Shown piece after piece: positions 27,800 to 38,366 of a DNA stretch of 64,000 bases (the stretch's first letter is position 1; each line of letters opens with the position of its first letter). This DNA comes from Candidatus Edwardsbacteria bacterium. GTDB lineage: Bacteria > Edwardsbacteria > AC1 > EtOH8. The translations under genes were made by a program, and so were the position numbers. Where the stretch lies: positions 12,515 through 76,514 of the forward strand of contig JALOPJ010000001.1 in NCBI GenBank assembly GCA_025453955.1. The letters run 5' to 3'. The notes beneath the pieces are model-generated. The model did not search any database. It saw only the letters and a list, made by a program, of their open reading frames with translations, and was not told the origin of the DNA.

Positions 27800-28491
27800 A
27801 TCAGTTCATGCTCGTTCAGCATGCGGCCGATGGCTTCCCGCGAATTGAACATGATCACGTCGATGATGGACAGGTCGGGGACGAACTGCGGGCAATTCTG
27901 CCGATACCGGACGTCCTTGCTCCTGATGAAGCTCAACCGTATCCCGTTGCCTGCGAAATCCTCCTTCCGGTACAGCGACCGGCCGCCGATCGGGTTGATA
28001 TAGTCGGTCGCGCCGTTCAAGCGGCAAATCTCGACCAAGCGCCCGGTCTTCTCCAGTCCCTTCGTCGCCGCTGCATGGCTGCTGCTGGCCTGGAAACTGG
28101 TGTCGATGCCCAGGTAGTGCGATACCTTCGTGACGGATCGCATCGCCAGCTCGCCGATCAGCGTGGTGTCGCTGCGCAAGCAGTCCTCGACCACCGGCCA
28201 GGCCTGCCCGAAAAAGGGCGCCTTCTGGTACGCCTGTTGGATCGTTTTCAACAGCTTGCCCCTGTTGTCGGTGAACTCGACGCGATTGATCGGCGAGAAG
28301 GAACTGGCATTCTTCAATTGGACGGTCAGGTAATGCGGTGCCCCGTCGATGAGGATGCGGTTGCGGTTGATCCAGCCATTCTTGATAAAATTCACATCAT
28401 CATAGAAAACGAACGTATCGGCCGCGCGCACCAGCTGGAAATACCCGAGGTACGGGAAAAAGTACGGCTGCATGACGGCGAGTTTGTTCAT
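27796..28491 (-). CDS. WbqC-like family protein
   Basis: MNKLAVMQPYFFPYLGYFQLVRAADTFVFYDDVNF matches the WbqC family (PF08889) N-terminus. The family is typical of O-antigen clusters that make N-acylated amino sugars. Confidence 0.75.
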   Translation of the reverse strand: MNKLAVMQPYFFPYLGYFQLVRAADTFVFYDDVNFIKNGWINRNRILIDGAPHYLTVQLKNASSFSPINRVEFTDNRGKLLKTIQQAYQKAPFFGQAWPVVEDCLRSDTTLIGELAMRSVTKVSHYLGIDTSFQASSSHAAATKGLEKTGRLVEICRLNGATDYINPIGGRSLYRKEDFAGNGIRLSFIRSKDVRYRQNCPQFVPDLSIIDVIMFNSREAIGRMLNEHELI

Positions 28492-29600
28492 GTCCGCCGC
28501 AACAGCCCGGCCACGTGATCGACGTCGGCCGGATCAAGGTCCGAGTAGAGCGGCAGGCAGATGACCTGCCCGGCCACCCGCTCCGCCACCGGCAGGTTCC
28601 CGGGCGCGGCGCTGGGCAGGCCCTTGTAGGTCGGGAACTGGCTGATCAGCGGGTAAAAGTAGCGGCGGCCGAACACGTTGTGCCGCTTCAGTTCCTCGTA
28701 CACGGCGTCGCGCGAGCGCCCGTAGCAGCCCTGGTCGATCAGGACCGGGAAATAGGGATAACAGTGGACCACCCCGGGCGCGTCCTCGAGGAACGACAAC
28801 CCGGCGATGCCCCGCAGGCGCTCCCGGTAGCGCCGGGCGAGGCCCTGCCGCTTTGCGATCGACCCGTCGACGTATTTCAGCTGCAGCAGGCCCAGCGCCG
28901 CCTGGAACTCGTTCATCTTGGCGTTGATCCCCGGCGCCACCACGGTGGTCTCGCCGGCAAACCCGAAATTCTTCAGGAAATCGATCCGTTGCTTCATGGC
29001 TCCGTCGTGGCAGACGATGGCCCCGCCCTCGAACGTGTGGTAGACCTTGGTGGCGTGGAAGCTCATCACCGACAGGTCGCCGAAGTTCAGCACCGGCTGG
29101 CCACCCACGGTGACGCCGAAGGTGTGGCAGGCGTCGTAGATCAGCTTCAGCCCGTAGGCGTCGGCGATCTTCTGCAGCCGGTCGACCTGGCAGGGGTTGC
29201 CGTACACATGGACCGGCATGATGGCGGTGGTCTGCGGGGTGATGGCCGCCTCCACTTTGTCGGGGTCCAGGTTGAAGTACCCGGGCTCGATGTCGGCGAA
29301 CACCGGCTTGATGTTGTTCCACCAGATGGAGTGGGCGGTGGCCACGAAGCTGAAGGGCGTGGTGATCACCTCGCCGGTGATCCGCAGCGCCTGCAGGGCG
29401 GTGATCAGCGCCAGGGTGCCGTTGGAGAACAGCGAGATGTGCTCGACCCCCAAATAGCGGCACAGCGCCCGCTCGAGTTCCTGGTGGTACTTCCCGTTGT
29501 TGGTCACCCACTTGGTGTCCCAGATGTCCCGCAGGGCGGCCTCGAATTCCTCCAGCGGCGGGAGGAACGGCTGGGTCACGTAGATCGGTTTGCTGGTCAT
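28488..29600 (-). CDS. DegT/DnrJ/EryC1/StrS family sugar aminotransferase
   Basis: IYVTQPFLPPLEEF, GTLALITALQALRI and the PLP lysine in SFHATKVYHTFEGGAIV, 370 aa. Confidence 0.85.
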   Translation of the reverse strand: MTSKPIYVTQPFLPPLEEFEAALRDIWDTKWVTNNGKYHQELERALCRYLGVEHISLFSNGTLALITALQALRITGEVITTPFSFVATAHSIWWNNIKPVFADIEPGYFNLDPDKVEAAITPQTTAIMPVHVYGNPCQVDRLQKIADAYGLKLIYDACHTFGVTVGGQPVLNFGDLSVMSFHATKVYHTFEGGAIVCHDGAMKQRIDFLKNFGFAGETTVVAPGINAKMNEFQAALGLLQLKYVDGSIAKRQGLARRYRERLRGIAGLSFLEDAPGVVHCYPYFPVLIDQGCYGRSRDAVYEELKRHNVFGRRYFYPLISQFPTYKGLPSAAPGNLPVAERVAGQVICLPLYSDLDPADVDHVAGLLRRT

Positions 29601-29659
29601 CAGCGGTCCGCCTATGTCATGATGCAGTCAGAACCGGTCGGGCCGGACGGCCCGAACAG

Positions 29660-31897
29660 TCACGGTTTCGAGGCGACGTACAGCACCGAGCCTTCGTGGA
29701 TGCCGCAGCGGTCGAACTGCTGCCGGCCGAAGTGATCCACGGCGAGCTCCTCGATGGTGAATCCGACGCTTTGCACTTTCGCGGTGAACCCCGGCTTGGA
29801 GTAGGTCCGGACATGGTCGTCCTGGCCGTAATGGTGCCACCGCTCCGCCGCCGTCAACGGTCCGCCGACCTGGTAATCGCGCTCCAGTCCCAGCTGGATC
29901 GGCACCATCAGGATCGCCCGCCCGCCCGGGGACAGCACCCGGTACAGCTCCCGCATCGCCTTGACGTCATCCTCCACGTGCTCCAGGATGTGCGAGCAGA
30001 TGATGAAATCGTAGTTGCCGTCTGGATAGATCGACATATCGGTGATGTCGACCGTATCGTCGACCCCCGGCATGTGGAGGTCGGCGGTCCGGTGCCGCAC
30101 GCCCCGGTGGGAGCGGATCAACGCCGCCAGCGGCCGGGACGGTGCCATCTCCAGCAGTTGCAGCTCCTTGCCCGCCAGGTATGCGTCGAGGTACAGCGCG
30201 GACAGGCGGTCCCGGTCGCTGGCGCCGCAGGAGGGGCAGGCGTAGGCCAGGATATTGATCGTTTCGCCGTTGAAGATGCTGTGCACATACCGGTGCTTCA
30301 TCCATTGCCGGAAATAGGCGTCAGGCAGGCGCTCGAATCCGCGCACCCTGCGCCGGCACACCGGGCAGTAAAACCGCCGCCGGCCGAACAGCGCGGCCAC
30401 GTCCTTGAGCACGGCGACCGGCACGTACGGCCGCAGCCGGCTTCTCAGTTTTTCCCCCATCCGCATCATGAACGACCTGGCGATCCCTTTCATCTCGAGG
30501 TATTCCGGGTTGCGGACCGTTTCCGATATGGCCACCAGCAGCGCGGCCCCCGATGCCAGCTGGACCGCCAGCAGCAGCGGCCGGCCGGCGTTGATGAAGC
30601 GGGTCTCGAGGAACAGGACGGCGCTGACGACCGCTCCGATGACGAAGGACGGCAGGATGTCCGCGATCTGCTCCCGGGCGCCGTACCGGATCAGCTTGCC
30701 CGAGTAATACCCGTTCAGGAAGAACGCGCCGAAGGAGATGGCGATCAGACCGGCCAGCATCGCCTTGATCCCCATCGCCATCGCCGCCAGGATGATCGGG
30801 ATCACCAGGAGTTTCTTCACGATCTCGATCCTCAGCGACAGGTCGGAGCGACCCTTGACGTGCAGGACGTTCAGGTTCAGGGCGTGCAGCGGATACAGCA
30901 TGGCGGAGAAGCACAGCAGCTGCAAGTACACGGCGGAGGTGGCCCATTGTTCGCCGATCAGCGTGGTGACGAGCGGTTGCGCCACCGCGGCCAGCCCCAT
31001 CATCGAGATGAAGGAAATGAACATGGTGTTCTTGATGATCCGCTGGAACCCGGCCTTCAGCTTGTGCGGCTCATCCTGCAGCTGCGACAGCACCGGGTAG
31101 CTGACCCGCTGGACGACGGTCGTGATGTTCGACGAGGGCAGATTGCTGAACTCCTCGGCCTTGGTGTAGTATCCCAGTTGGGCCGCGCTGAAGTACCGTC
31201 CGATCAGAAGATAGTAGATGTTCTGGTAGACCGTGTTGATCAGGTTGGTGAACAGCAGCTTGTACCCGAACCGGAAATGCTCCTTGAAGGCGCTGAGGCT
31301 GAACGCCGGCAGCGGCTGCCAGCGCGTCCACGCCCACAGCAGCACCGTGGACAACGCCGTCGCGGTGATGGCCTTCCACACCAGGCTCCACACCCCGAAC
31401 CCGCGGTAGGCCATGCCGATCGCCACGGCGCCCGAAGCGGCGGCCGCGATCACCGAGATGGTGGTCTGGGTCCGGAAGTCGATCCGCTTGACGAGGATCG
31501 TCCGGTGGATGATCCCGAGGCTGCCGATCACGAGGCCGACGGCGACCACCCGCACGATCGGGACCAGTCTCGGTTCGTGGAAGAAGACGCTGACCGGCCC
31601 GGCCAGGACATAGAGGGCCAGGTACGCGACGGCGCTCCCGGCCAGGTTGAAGTAGAAGACCGTGCTGTAATCTTCCTGGGTGCAGGACGTTTTCCGGATC
31701 AGCGAGTGGCTGAAGCCGCCGTCGATGACTATCAGGGAAACGGCGACGAACACCGTGACCATGCCGATCAGGCCGAACTCGCCCGGGGACAACAAGCGGG
31801 CCAGGATGATCCCGACGATGAACTGGATGCCGAGGCTGGCGACGTTCTCGGTGACGCTCCAGGCAAGCCCGTCGATCGTCTGCTGCTTCAGGGACAT
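29660..31897 (-). CDS. wzx: Wzx-type polysaccharide flippase (MOP superfamily) fused to a C-terminal SAM-dependent methyltransferase domain with Cys4 Zn-ribbon
   Basis: Residues 1-480 form a 12-TM polysaccharide biosynthesis protein (LAWSVTENVASLGIQFIVGIILARLL...). Residues about 500-745 hold CPVCRRRV...CPSCGAS and a class I MTase core (DFIICSHILEHVEDDVKAMRELYRVLSPGGRAILMVP). A single uninterrupted ORF of 745 aa. Confidence 0.7.
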   Translation of the reverse strand: MSLKQQTIDGLAWSVTENVASLGIQFIVGIILARLLSPGEFGLIGMVTVFVAVSLIVIDGGFSHSLIRKTSCTQEDYSTVFYFNLAGSAVAYLALYVLAGPVSVFFHEPRLVPIVRVVAVGLVIGSLGIIHRTILVKRIDFRTQTTISVIAAAASGAVAIGMAYRGFGVWSLVWKAITATALSTVLLWAWTRWQPLPAFSLSAFKEHFRFGYKLLFTNLINTVYQNIYYLLIGRYFSAAQLGYYTKAEEFSNLPSSNITTVVQRVSYPVLSQLQDEPHKLKAGFQRIIKNTMFISFISMMGLAAVAQPLVTTLIGEQWATSAVYLQLLCFSAMLYPLHALNLNVLHVKGRSDLSLRIEIVKKLLVIPIILAAMAMGIKAMLAGLIAISFGAFFLNGYYSGKLIRYGAREQIADILPSFVIGAVVSAVLFLETRFINAGRPLLLAVQLASGAALLVAISETVRNPEYLEMKGIARSFMMRMGEKLRSRLRPYVPVAVLKDVAALFGRRRFYCPVCRRRVRGFERLPDAYFRQWMKHRYVHSIFNGETINILAYACPSCGASDRDRLSALYLDAYLAGKELQLLEMAPSRPLAALIRSHRGVRHRTADLHMPGVDDTVDITDMSIYPDGNYDFIICSHILEHVEDDVKAMRELYRVLSPGGRAILMVPIQLGLERDYQVGGPLTAAERWHHYGQDDHVRTYSKPGFTAKVQSVGFTIEELAVDHFGRQQFDRCGIHEGSVLYVASKP

Positions 31898-31907
31898 GGG
31901 GACCGCG

Positions 31908-32879
<972 letters not shown>

Positions 32880-33656
32880 TCACCGTTGTGTGTGTGCCGT
32901 CCGGCCGCGGGCCGCACGGAGCAACGCCGCACCCACGATACCAGCCAGCAGGCCAAGGATGGCGCTGGCCGCTGCATGGACGCCCCGCTGGGGCGCGACG
33001 GGCACCGGATCCGTCACCGGGTCACCGACGAAATGGTAGCCACCGAGGTGTTCGAGCGAGCTGCGCGCGCGGCGCAGTTCCGCCTGTAACGCGACCAGGC
33101 CCGCCTCGGCCGCCACGACGTCGCTGGCGCTGCGCCGCGGCGCGCGTACGACCCGTTCCACGGCCTGTTCCAGGTCCCGCTGCCGGGCCTCGGCCTCGGC
33201 CCGGGCCACCGCGACCCGGTCCCGTACGGCCGGCAGATCGCGCAGGTGATCGAGCGCCTTGGCCGACAGCGCCGCCGCCGCACTGGGGTCGTCACGGGAG
33301 ATCACCGTCAGGCGGAACCACGACTCGGCGGCGCCGACCTGGCTGAGCGAAACGCTGTGGCAGAGCGGCAGCAACGGGTCGCCCGGGGCCAGGGCACCGG
33401 ACGGGAACCGCGCCAGCAGCAGCCGGGTCTCGGAGACCGTGAACAGGGGCGCGTCGCAGCCGGCGCTGTCGGCGGCCGGCCAGCGCCAGGCGGCGGGCAG
33501 CTCCACCAGCGACTGGCAGCGGTAGAGCAGCGGCGCCCGCAGGTCGGCCAGCAGCGCGGCGCCGCCGAAGATCACGGCTCCGGCCAGCCCCGCGGGCCAG
33601 CCGCGCCGGGCGGCTCGCCAGAGCGCCGTCAGGTCGATGATCGCGTCAGTGCTCAT
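32880..33656 (-). CDS. Wzz-like chain-length determinant / co-polymerase-like membrane protein
   Basis: 258 aa with TM helices at both ends and a periplasmic coiled-coil region (ARAEAEARQRDLEQAVERV...LQAELRRARSSLEHL), i.e. PCP-like topology. Weak. Confidence 0.35.
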   Translation of the reverse strand: MSTDAIIDLTALWRAARRGWPAGLAGAVIFGGAALLADLRAPLLYRCQSLVELPAAWRWPAADSAGCDAPLFTVSETRLLLARFPSGALAPGDPLLPLCHSVSLSQVGAAESWFRLTVISRDDPSAAAALSAKALDHLRDLPAVRDRVAVARAEAEARQRDLEQAVERVVRAPRRSASDVVAAEAGLVALQAELRRARSSLEHLGGYHFVGDPVTDPVPVAPQRGVHAAASAILGLLAGIVGAALLRAARGRTAHTQR

Positions 33657-33708
33657 GACTCGAACGATGCGGTGAACGGACTGATCAACGCGTCCACGCC
33701 CGGGCGAC

Positions 33709-35088
33709 TCACCGCGCGCCCTTCTGCAGCAGCACCACCGGGATGGTCAGCAGCAGGATCTTGAGGTCCAGCCACAGCGACCAGCTGTCGATGTACTGCA
33801 TGTCCAGCTTCATCCACTCCGTGAAGTCGATGTCGTTGCGCCCGCTGATCTGCCAGAGGCAGGTGATCCCCGGCAGCACGCTGAGCCGGCGCTGCTCGTT
33901 GAGCTTGAACTTCTTGATCTCGTAGGCCGGGAGCGGCCGCGGCCCCACCAGGCTGATCTCGCCCCGCACCACGTTCCACAGCTGCGGCAGCTCGTCCAGG
34001 CTGGCGCGGCGCAGGAACCGGCCGACCGGCGTCAGCCGCGGGTCGTTGGTCAGCTTGAACACCGGCCCGGACATCTCGTTCTGGTCCTCGAGCTTCTCGC
34101 GCAGCTGCTCCGCGCCGGCCACCATCGAACGGAACTTGTAGAGCTGGAACAGCCGGCCGTTGAGGCCGCTGCGAACCTGGCTGAAGATCACCGGGCCCGG
34201 GGAGGTCAGCTTGATCACCAGCGCGATCGCCGCCAGCAGCGGGGACAGCACCACCAGGCCCAGCCCGGCCCCCACCAGGTCGATGGCCCGCTTGATCACG
34301 GTCTCCCAGGCCCTGCGCTTGGCCGAGTCCAGGGTGATCACCGGCAGGCCGAAGAAGTCCTCCATCCGCACCTTGCCGGCGCGGTTCTTGAACCAGTCCG
34401 TCATGATGTGGATGGCGACGCCCCGTTCCTCGCACAGCATGATGTCCGGTTCGATGTCCTGCAGCTTGGTCCGTCCCAGGGTGAAGATGACGTCGTCGAT
34501 CACCATCGTCCCCAGCGCGGCCGCCAGCCGCACCGGGTCGCGGCGCTCCATGGTCTCGACCACCGTGACGCCCCACTCCTCCCGCAGGCGCTCGAACATG
34601 CCCTGCTGCGGCAGCTTGCCGGCGTCCCCCACCACCAGGATATGGCGGCGGTCGAGATCGCGGGCGAACAGCCGGCGGGAGGACAGCAGCAACAGCCGCC
34701 AGACGGTCAGCAGCAGGCAGTTGACGAGGAAGAACAGCAGCACCAGCGCCCGGCTGACCGAGGCCAGTTTCAGGAAGTAGGCGATGGTGATGGCCACCGC
34801 CATGCCGATCAGGTTGGCGCGGTAGGCCGGCAGCAGCGGCAGCGTGTAGCGGCCCAGGATCTTGACGGGGTGGTACTGCCCCATCCGGTAGTAGAGGAAC
34901 CACCACAGCGGCAGCAGCAGCAGCAGGGCCTTCATCGTCACCGCCAGCGGATAGACGCCGCCCTCCTGGAACCACGGCACCGGCAGCGCCACCCGCAGCC
35001 AGTAGGCCGTGAAGAAGGCGACGACGGTGATCACCAGGTCGATCGCCAGCATCGACAGCGACAGGATCGAACGCTTATCACGCAGCAT
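33709..35088 (-). CDS. wbaP: Undecaprenyl-phosphate hexose-1-phosphate transferase (WbaP/CpsE-type initiating sugar transferase)
   Basis: N-terminal TM domain, then the conserved sugar-transferase C-terminus (PVIFSQVRSGLNGRLFQLYKFRSM...GPRPLPAYEIKKF...LPGITCLWQISGRNDIDF). Confidence 0.85.
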   Translation of the reverse strand: MLRDKRSILSLSMLAIDLVITVVAFFTAYWLRVALPVPWFQEGGVYPLAVTMKALLLLLPLWWFLYYRMGQYHPVKILGRYTLPLLPAYRANLIGMAVAITIAYFLKLASVSRALVLLFFLVNCLLLTVWRLLLLSSRRLFARDLDRRHILVVGDAGKLPQQGMFERLREEWGVTVVETMERRDPVRLAAALGTMVIDDVIFTLGRTKLQDIEPDIMLCEERGVAIHIMTDWFKNRAGKVRMEDFFGLPVITLDSAKRRAWETVIKRAIDLVGAGLGLVVLSPLLAAIALVIKLTSPGPVIFSQVRSGLNGRLFQLYKFRSMVAGAEQLREKLEDQNEMSGPVFKLTNDPRLTPVGRFLRRASLDELPQLWNVVRGEISLVGPRPLPAYEIKKFKLNEQRRLSVLPGITCLWQISGRNDIDFTEWMKLDMQYIDSWSLWLDLKILLLTIPVVLLQKGAR

Positions 35089-35141
35089 GGGATTCCTCCC
35101 TCGCGAACAGCGGTCCCTTTGGTGTTGCGGCCACGCCCGGA

Positions 35142-36127
35142 TTACCCTTCACCCTGAACTCGGCTCGGGACGCCGCCAGCCAGCCACTCGGCGACCGCGG
35201 CCCGCAGGTCGTACCGGAACGAGAACCCGTCGCCTGACAGCGCCTGCGGCACCGCATCGGTCGACCGGTACAGCTTGTCGATCCTTCTGGGGTGCAGCCC
35301 GTTGCGCAGCCCGGCCTTCTCCAGCAGCGGCCCGATCTTGGCCAGCCACCGCATCGGGCGGTACGGCAGCACCGGCACCCAACGCCTCCATCCCTCTGCG
35401 TCGCAGATCGTATCGACGATCTGGCCGACGTCGTACCGGGCCGGGAACACGCAGTTGTACACGGCGCTCTTCGCCGCCGGTGTCTCCATGAATCGCAGGC
35501 ACGACGCTACGTCGCGGACGTAGACGCTGCCCTTGATCGTCGTACGACGGCCGACGAAGCAGAACAGATTGTACTGCAGCGCGCGGTGCAACCGGATGAA
35601 GTTGCCGTAGTCGCCCGGGCCGAACACTACGCCCGGCCGGACGATCCGCAGCCGGTTCCCTTCTGCCGCCCACCGCTCCAGTTCTCGCTCCGCCAGCAGC
35701 TTCGACTCGCCGTAGGCGGTATCGGGCCGCGGCTCGGCCGACTCGTCGCAGGGCCGGTCACCGGGCGGGTACACCATGATGGTGCTGGTGAAGACGATGC
35801 TGCGGATGCCCCGCCGTCGGCACAGGTCGATCACGTTCCTGGTCCCGATATGGTTGGTAGCGAAGTATTCCTGCCGTTCGTGACCCGGTTCCCGGCACAC
35901 AGCCGCCAGGTGGAAGCAGGTGCCGGTCCCGCCCGGCAGGTCGACCTCCAGGGGCCGGCGGATGTCCGCGATCACCGTTTCCAGGCGCGGGTCAGGCGCG
36001 CCGGGGTACGGCCGCAGGTCGAGGTTGACCACCTTCGCCGTGCCCGGATCCCGCAGCAGGTCGGCGATCAGGTGGCCGCCGATGAACCCGCTGCCGCCGG
36101 TGACGAGGTACCTCCGGTCGATATTCA
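35142..36127 (-). CDS. NAD-dependent epimerase/dehydratase family protein
   Basis: Start MNIDRRYLVTGGSGFIGGHLIADLL with YxxxK (YGESKLLAE). The track ORF carries a 49-aa N-terminal extension from a GTG. Start coordinate is uncertain by 1 nt. Confidence 0.75.
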
Positions 36128-36189
36128 TCGGTGATGCTGAGCAGTGGCAGGTGTAGCCACCCGGCATGCTGGCCGGTGCGTAGTGCCGC

Positions 36190-36924
36190 TCATCTCCGAT
36201 CGCCTTGTGGATACGCGATGAAGTAGTATTCTGCACCGGTTTCGAAAAGGTGTTCGAATCTCTCACGGCTGACACCGGTTTTCCCGTTTAGCCATCGATC
36301 CAAGGTCGATACGTTCATACCGCATTCCCGGGTAAGGAAATCGTGGAGGTCCCCAGGGTTCGTCCCATAGTATTCTGCGGATCCAAGACCGCATTCGAAC
36401 ACGATAACGGGTCGGCATCGTTTGATGGTCTCCCGTGCGCCTCGCAGGACGTTGAATTCCCCACCCTCCACATCGAGCTTGATGAATGCGACCGCCTCGT
36501 CGCCTGGCAGGCAGCGGTCGAGGGTGTCTTTCGTGACTTTGATGGTGCGGATGATCGGGTTGGAAATATCGTAGCGTCGGATCTTCAACCCACTGTAGGC
36601 CGGGGCATTCTCGATGAAGTTGAACTCCGCAGTGCCCGTAGCATCACTGAGGGCGGTATCGGATACCGTGACGGACCGATTCCGGTATCTCTCCTGCAGC
36701 TCTGCAAATAGCTCGGGAATCGGTTCGAAGGCGTAATGGTGTCCGTGCGGTGCCTGTTTGATGATAGTGTCCAGCACTTCGCCACGATGACACCCGATGT
36801 CGACGCATGTAGATCCAGCACTCAGGACCCGTTTGATGATCCGTTCAGTTTTCCGGTCGTACTGCATGTTCCGCGTGATGTCAAGATGCAGCAGGTACAG
36901 CAGTTTTTTAACAAGTTTTTTCAT
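36190..36924 (-). CDS. FkbM-family SAM-dependent methyltransferase
   Basis: Start MKKLVKKLLYLL (cat at 36922-36924). Motifs VDIGCHRGEV and IKLDVEGGEFNVLRGA match FkbM-domain methyltransferases. GC is conspicuously low (about 50%). Confidence 0.75.
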   Translation of the reverse strand: MKKLVKKLLYLLHLDITRNMQYDRKTERIIKRVLSAGSTCVDIGCHRGEVLDTIIKQAPHGHHYAFEPIPELFAELQERYRNRSVTVSDTALSDATGTAEFNFIENAPAYSGLKIRRYDISNPIIRTIKVTKDTLDRCLPGDEAVAFIKLDVEGGEFNVLRGARETIKRCRPVIVFECGLGSAEYYGTNPGDLHDFLTRECGMNVSTLDRWLNGKTGVSRERFEHLFETGAEYYFIAYPQGDRR

Positions 36925-37070
36925 TTTGTCCTGTGATCCAAGAAGATTTATCACTCCGCATCGGCTGCGGCAACCCCGGCTGGGTCGCCTCGTGATGCAC
37001 TTTGATGACGGTATTGATGAACAGCCGTGTGACCGTCGCGACATCATCGCGGATGGTCGATGAGCGTTGA

Positions 37071-38366
37071 TCAGGGGCGACGCTGGCCACCATCAGGTTC
37101 CCGCAGCCCGAGGACGTCCAGGAACGTGTTCCGGATCGTACCATCGTCGTGGTGCTTGGCCGAATAGTCGCGCGCCGCCAGGGATAGACGTTTCCGCAGG
37201 CGCACGTCGCCCATCAGTCGGATGACGTGGTCGGCGTATTCATCGTCGGTTTTCGCGATCAAAATGTCCTCGCGGTCCGAGACCGGAAGCCCATCGGCGC
37301 CGGTGGTCGTCGTCACCACCGGCATCCCCAGTGCCAAGGCATCGATGATCTTGACATTGACGCCCGATCCGCTATAGATCGGCGCGATAAATATCTCGGT
37401 CTGGCACACGGCCGACCGATAATCCTCGACGAACCCGGCCAGCACGATGCGATCGTTATGCGCAGCGACAGCCTTCCTGATCTCGGCCGTCGGTTTGGAC
37501 CCGATGATGCGGAACGTGACGTCAGGGTACTGGGAGACGACCGCTGGAAAGATATTCCTGATGAACCGTAGAAGCCCTTCTTCGTTCGGGGAGTAATTGA
37601 GCAGGCCCATGAAGCTGAGGCTGTGCGTGATCGGACGGCACGCTGCCGTGCCTCTCGTCGCTGCAGGCGGAATCCCGACAACCGACGCTTCCGGGTATTC
37701 TCTTTTCAGCCGCGCTGCCTCCACGGGTGATACAAGGATCGTGTGGTCGACGGCCCGGATGTATTTCGCCTCGCTCGCCGCCAAGCGCTTCACCTCACTC
37801 GTCAACAGGATCGTCCGTAGCATCCTGTCGGCGAGGATACCGACGAACGCCGGCAGGTTCTCGGTGAAGGAACCGAGCACCTTCAGGTTGGTACGCAACA
37901 TCCCACGATATCGATCCGAAAGGATGTCCTGCATTAGAAACACTGAACGGGCGGCGCCGGTCTTCAATTCCGAATGGTACTGTACCGTGCGCACCATATC
38001 GAAGCATATGATGTCCGGGCGATGCTCGGCGACCGCGGCTCGCAACCTGCCGAGAGCGGGCCGATCGTAATAGAGGCATTCTTGGAAGCTCTTGTTCCTC
38101 TTCAGCAGCGCATAACATAGGCAGTTGACGGCTGCCGTGAGCGGGGACGGTAGGTCGAGCAAGACGACCTCGCGGATGGACGGCAGCGCGCGGGTCAACT
38201 CCTTGCAGCGTTCCCCGATATCGGTGTCGTGCCGCGAACGGAAGGAACACAACACCACGGTATTGTCGCGACGATCCAGGAACGAAAGGTACTGCATAAG
38301 CACCTTCTCCGCGCCGCTCCTGGGCGGATACGGGAACCTCGTCGATATGAAAAGAACTCGGGTCAT
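37071..38366 (-). CDS. Glycosyltransferase family 4 (GT1-type)
   Basis: MTRVLFISTRFPYPPRSGAEKVLMQ N-terminal GT-B domain and a C-terminal nucleotide-sugar binding domain (GSGVNVKIIDALALGMPVVTT). Confidence 0.8.
   Translation of the reverse strand: MTRVLFISTRFPYPPRSGAEKVLMQYLSFLDRRDNTVVLCSFRSRHDTDIGERCKELTRALPSIREVVLLDLPSPLTAAVNCLCYALLKRNKSFQECLYYDRPALGRLRAAVAEHRPDIICFDMVRTVQYHSELKTGAARSVFLMQDILSDRYRGMLRTNLKVLGSFTENLPAFVGILADRMLRTILLTSEVKRLAASEAKYIRAVDHTILVSPVEAARLKREYPEASVVGIPPAATRGTAACRPITHSLSFMGLLNYSPNEEGLLRFIRNIFPAVVSQYPDVTFRIIGSKPTAEIRKAVAAHNDRIVLAGFVEDYRSAVCQTEIFIAPIYSGSGVNVKIIDALALGMPVVTTTTGADGLPVSDREDILIAKTDDEYADHVIRLMGDVRLRKRLSLAARDYSAKHHDDGTIRNTFLDVLGLREPDGGQRRP

Noticed and set aside
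29660-31897. Possibility that the Wzx-MTase is two genes
   Set aside because: No in-frame stop or plausible RBS-plus-start separates the domains (internal Mets exist at MMRMGEKL, but the frame is continuous). It is kept as a fusion pending read-level verification.
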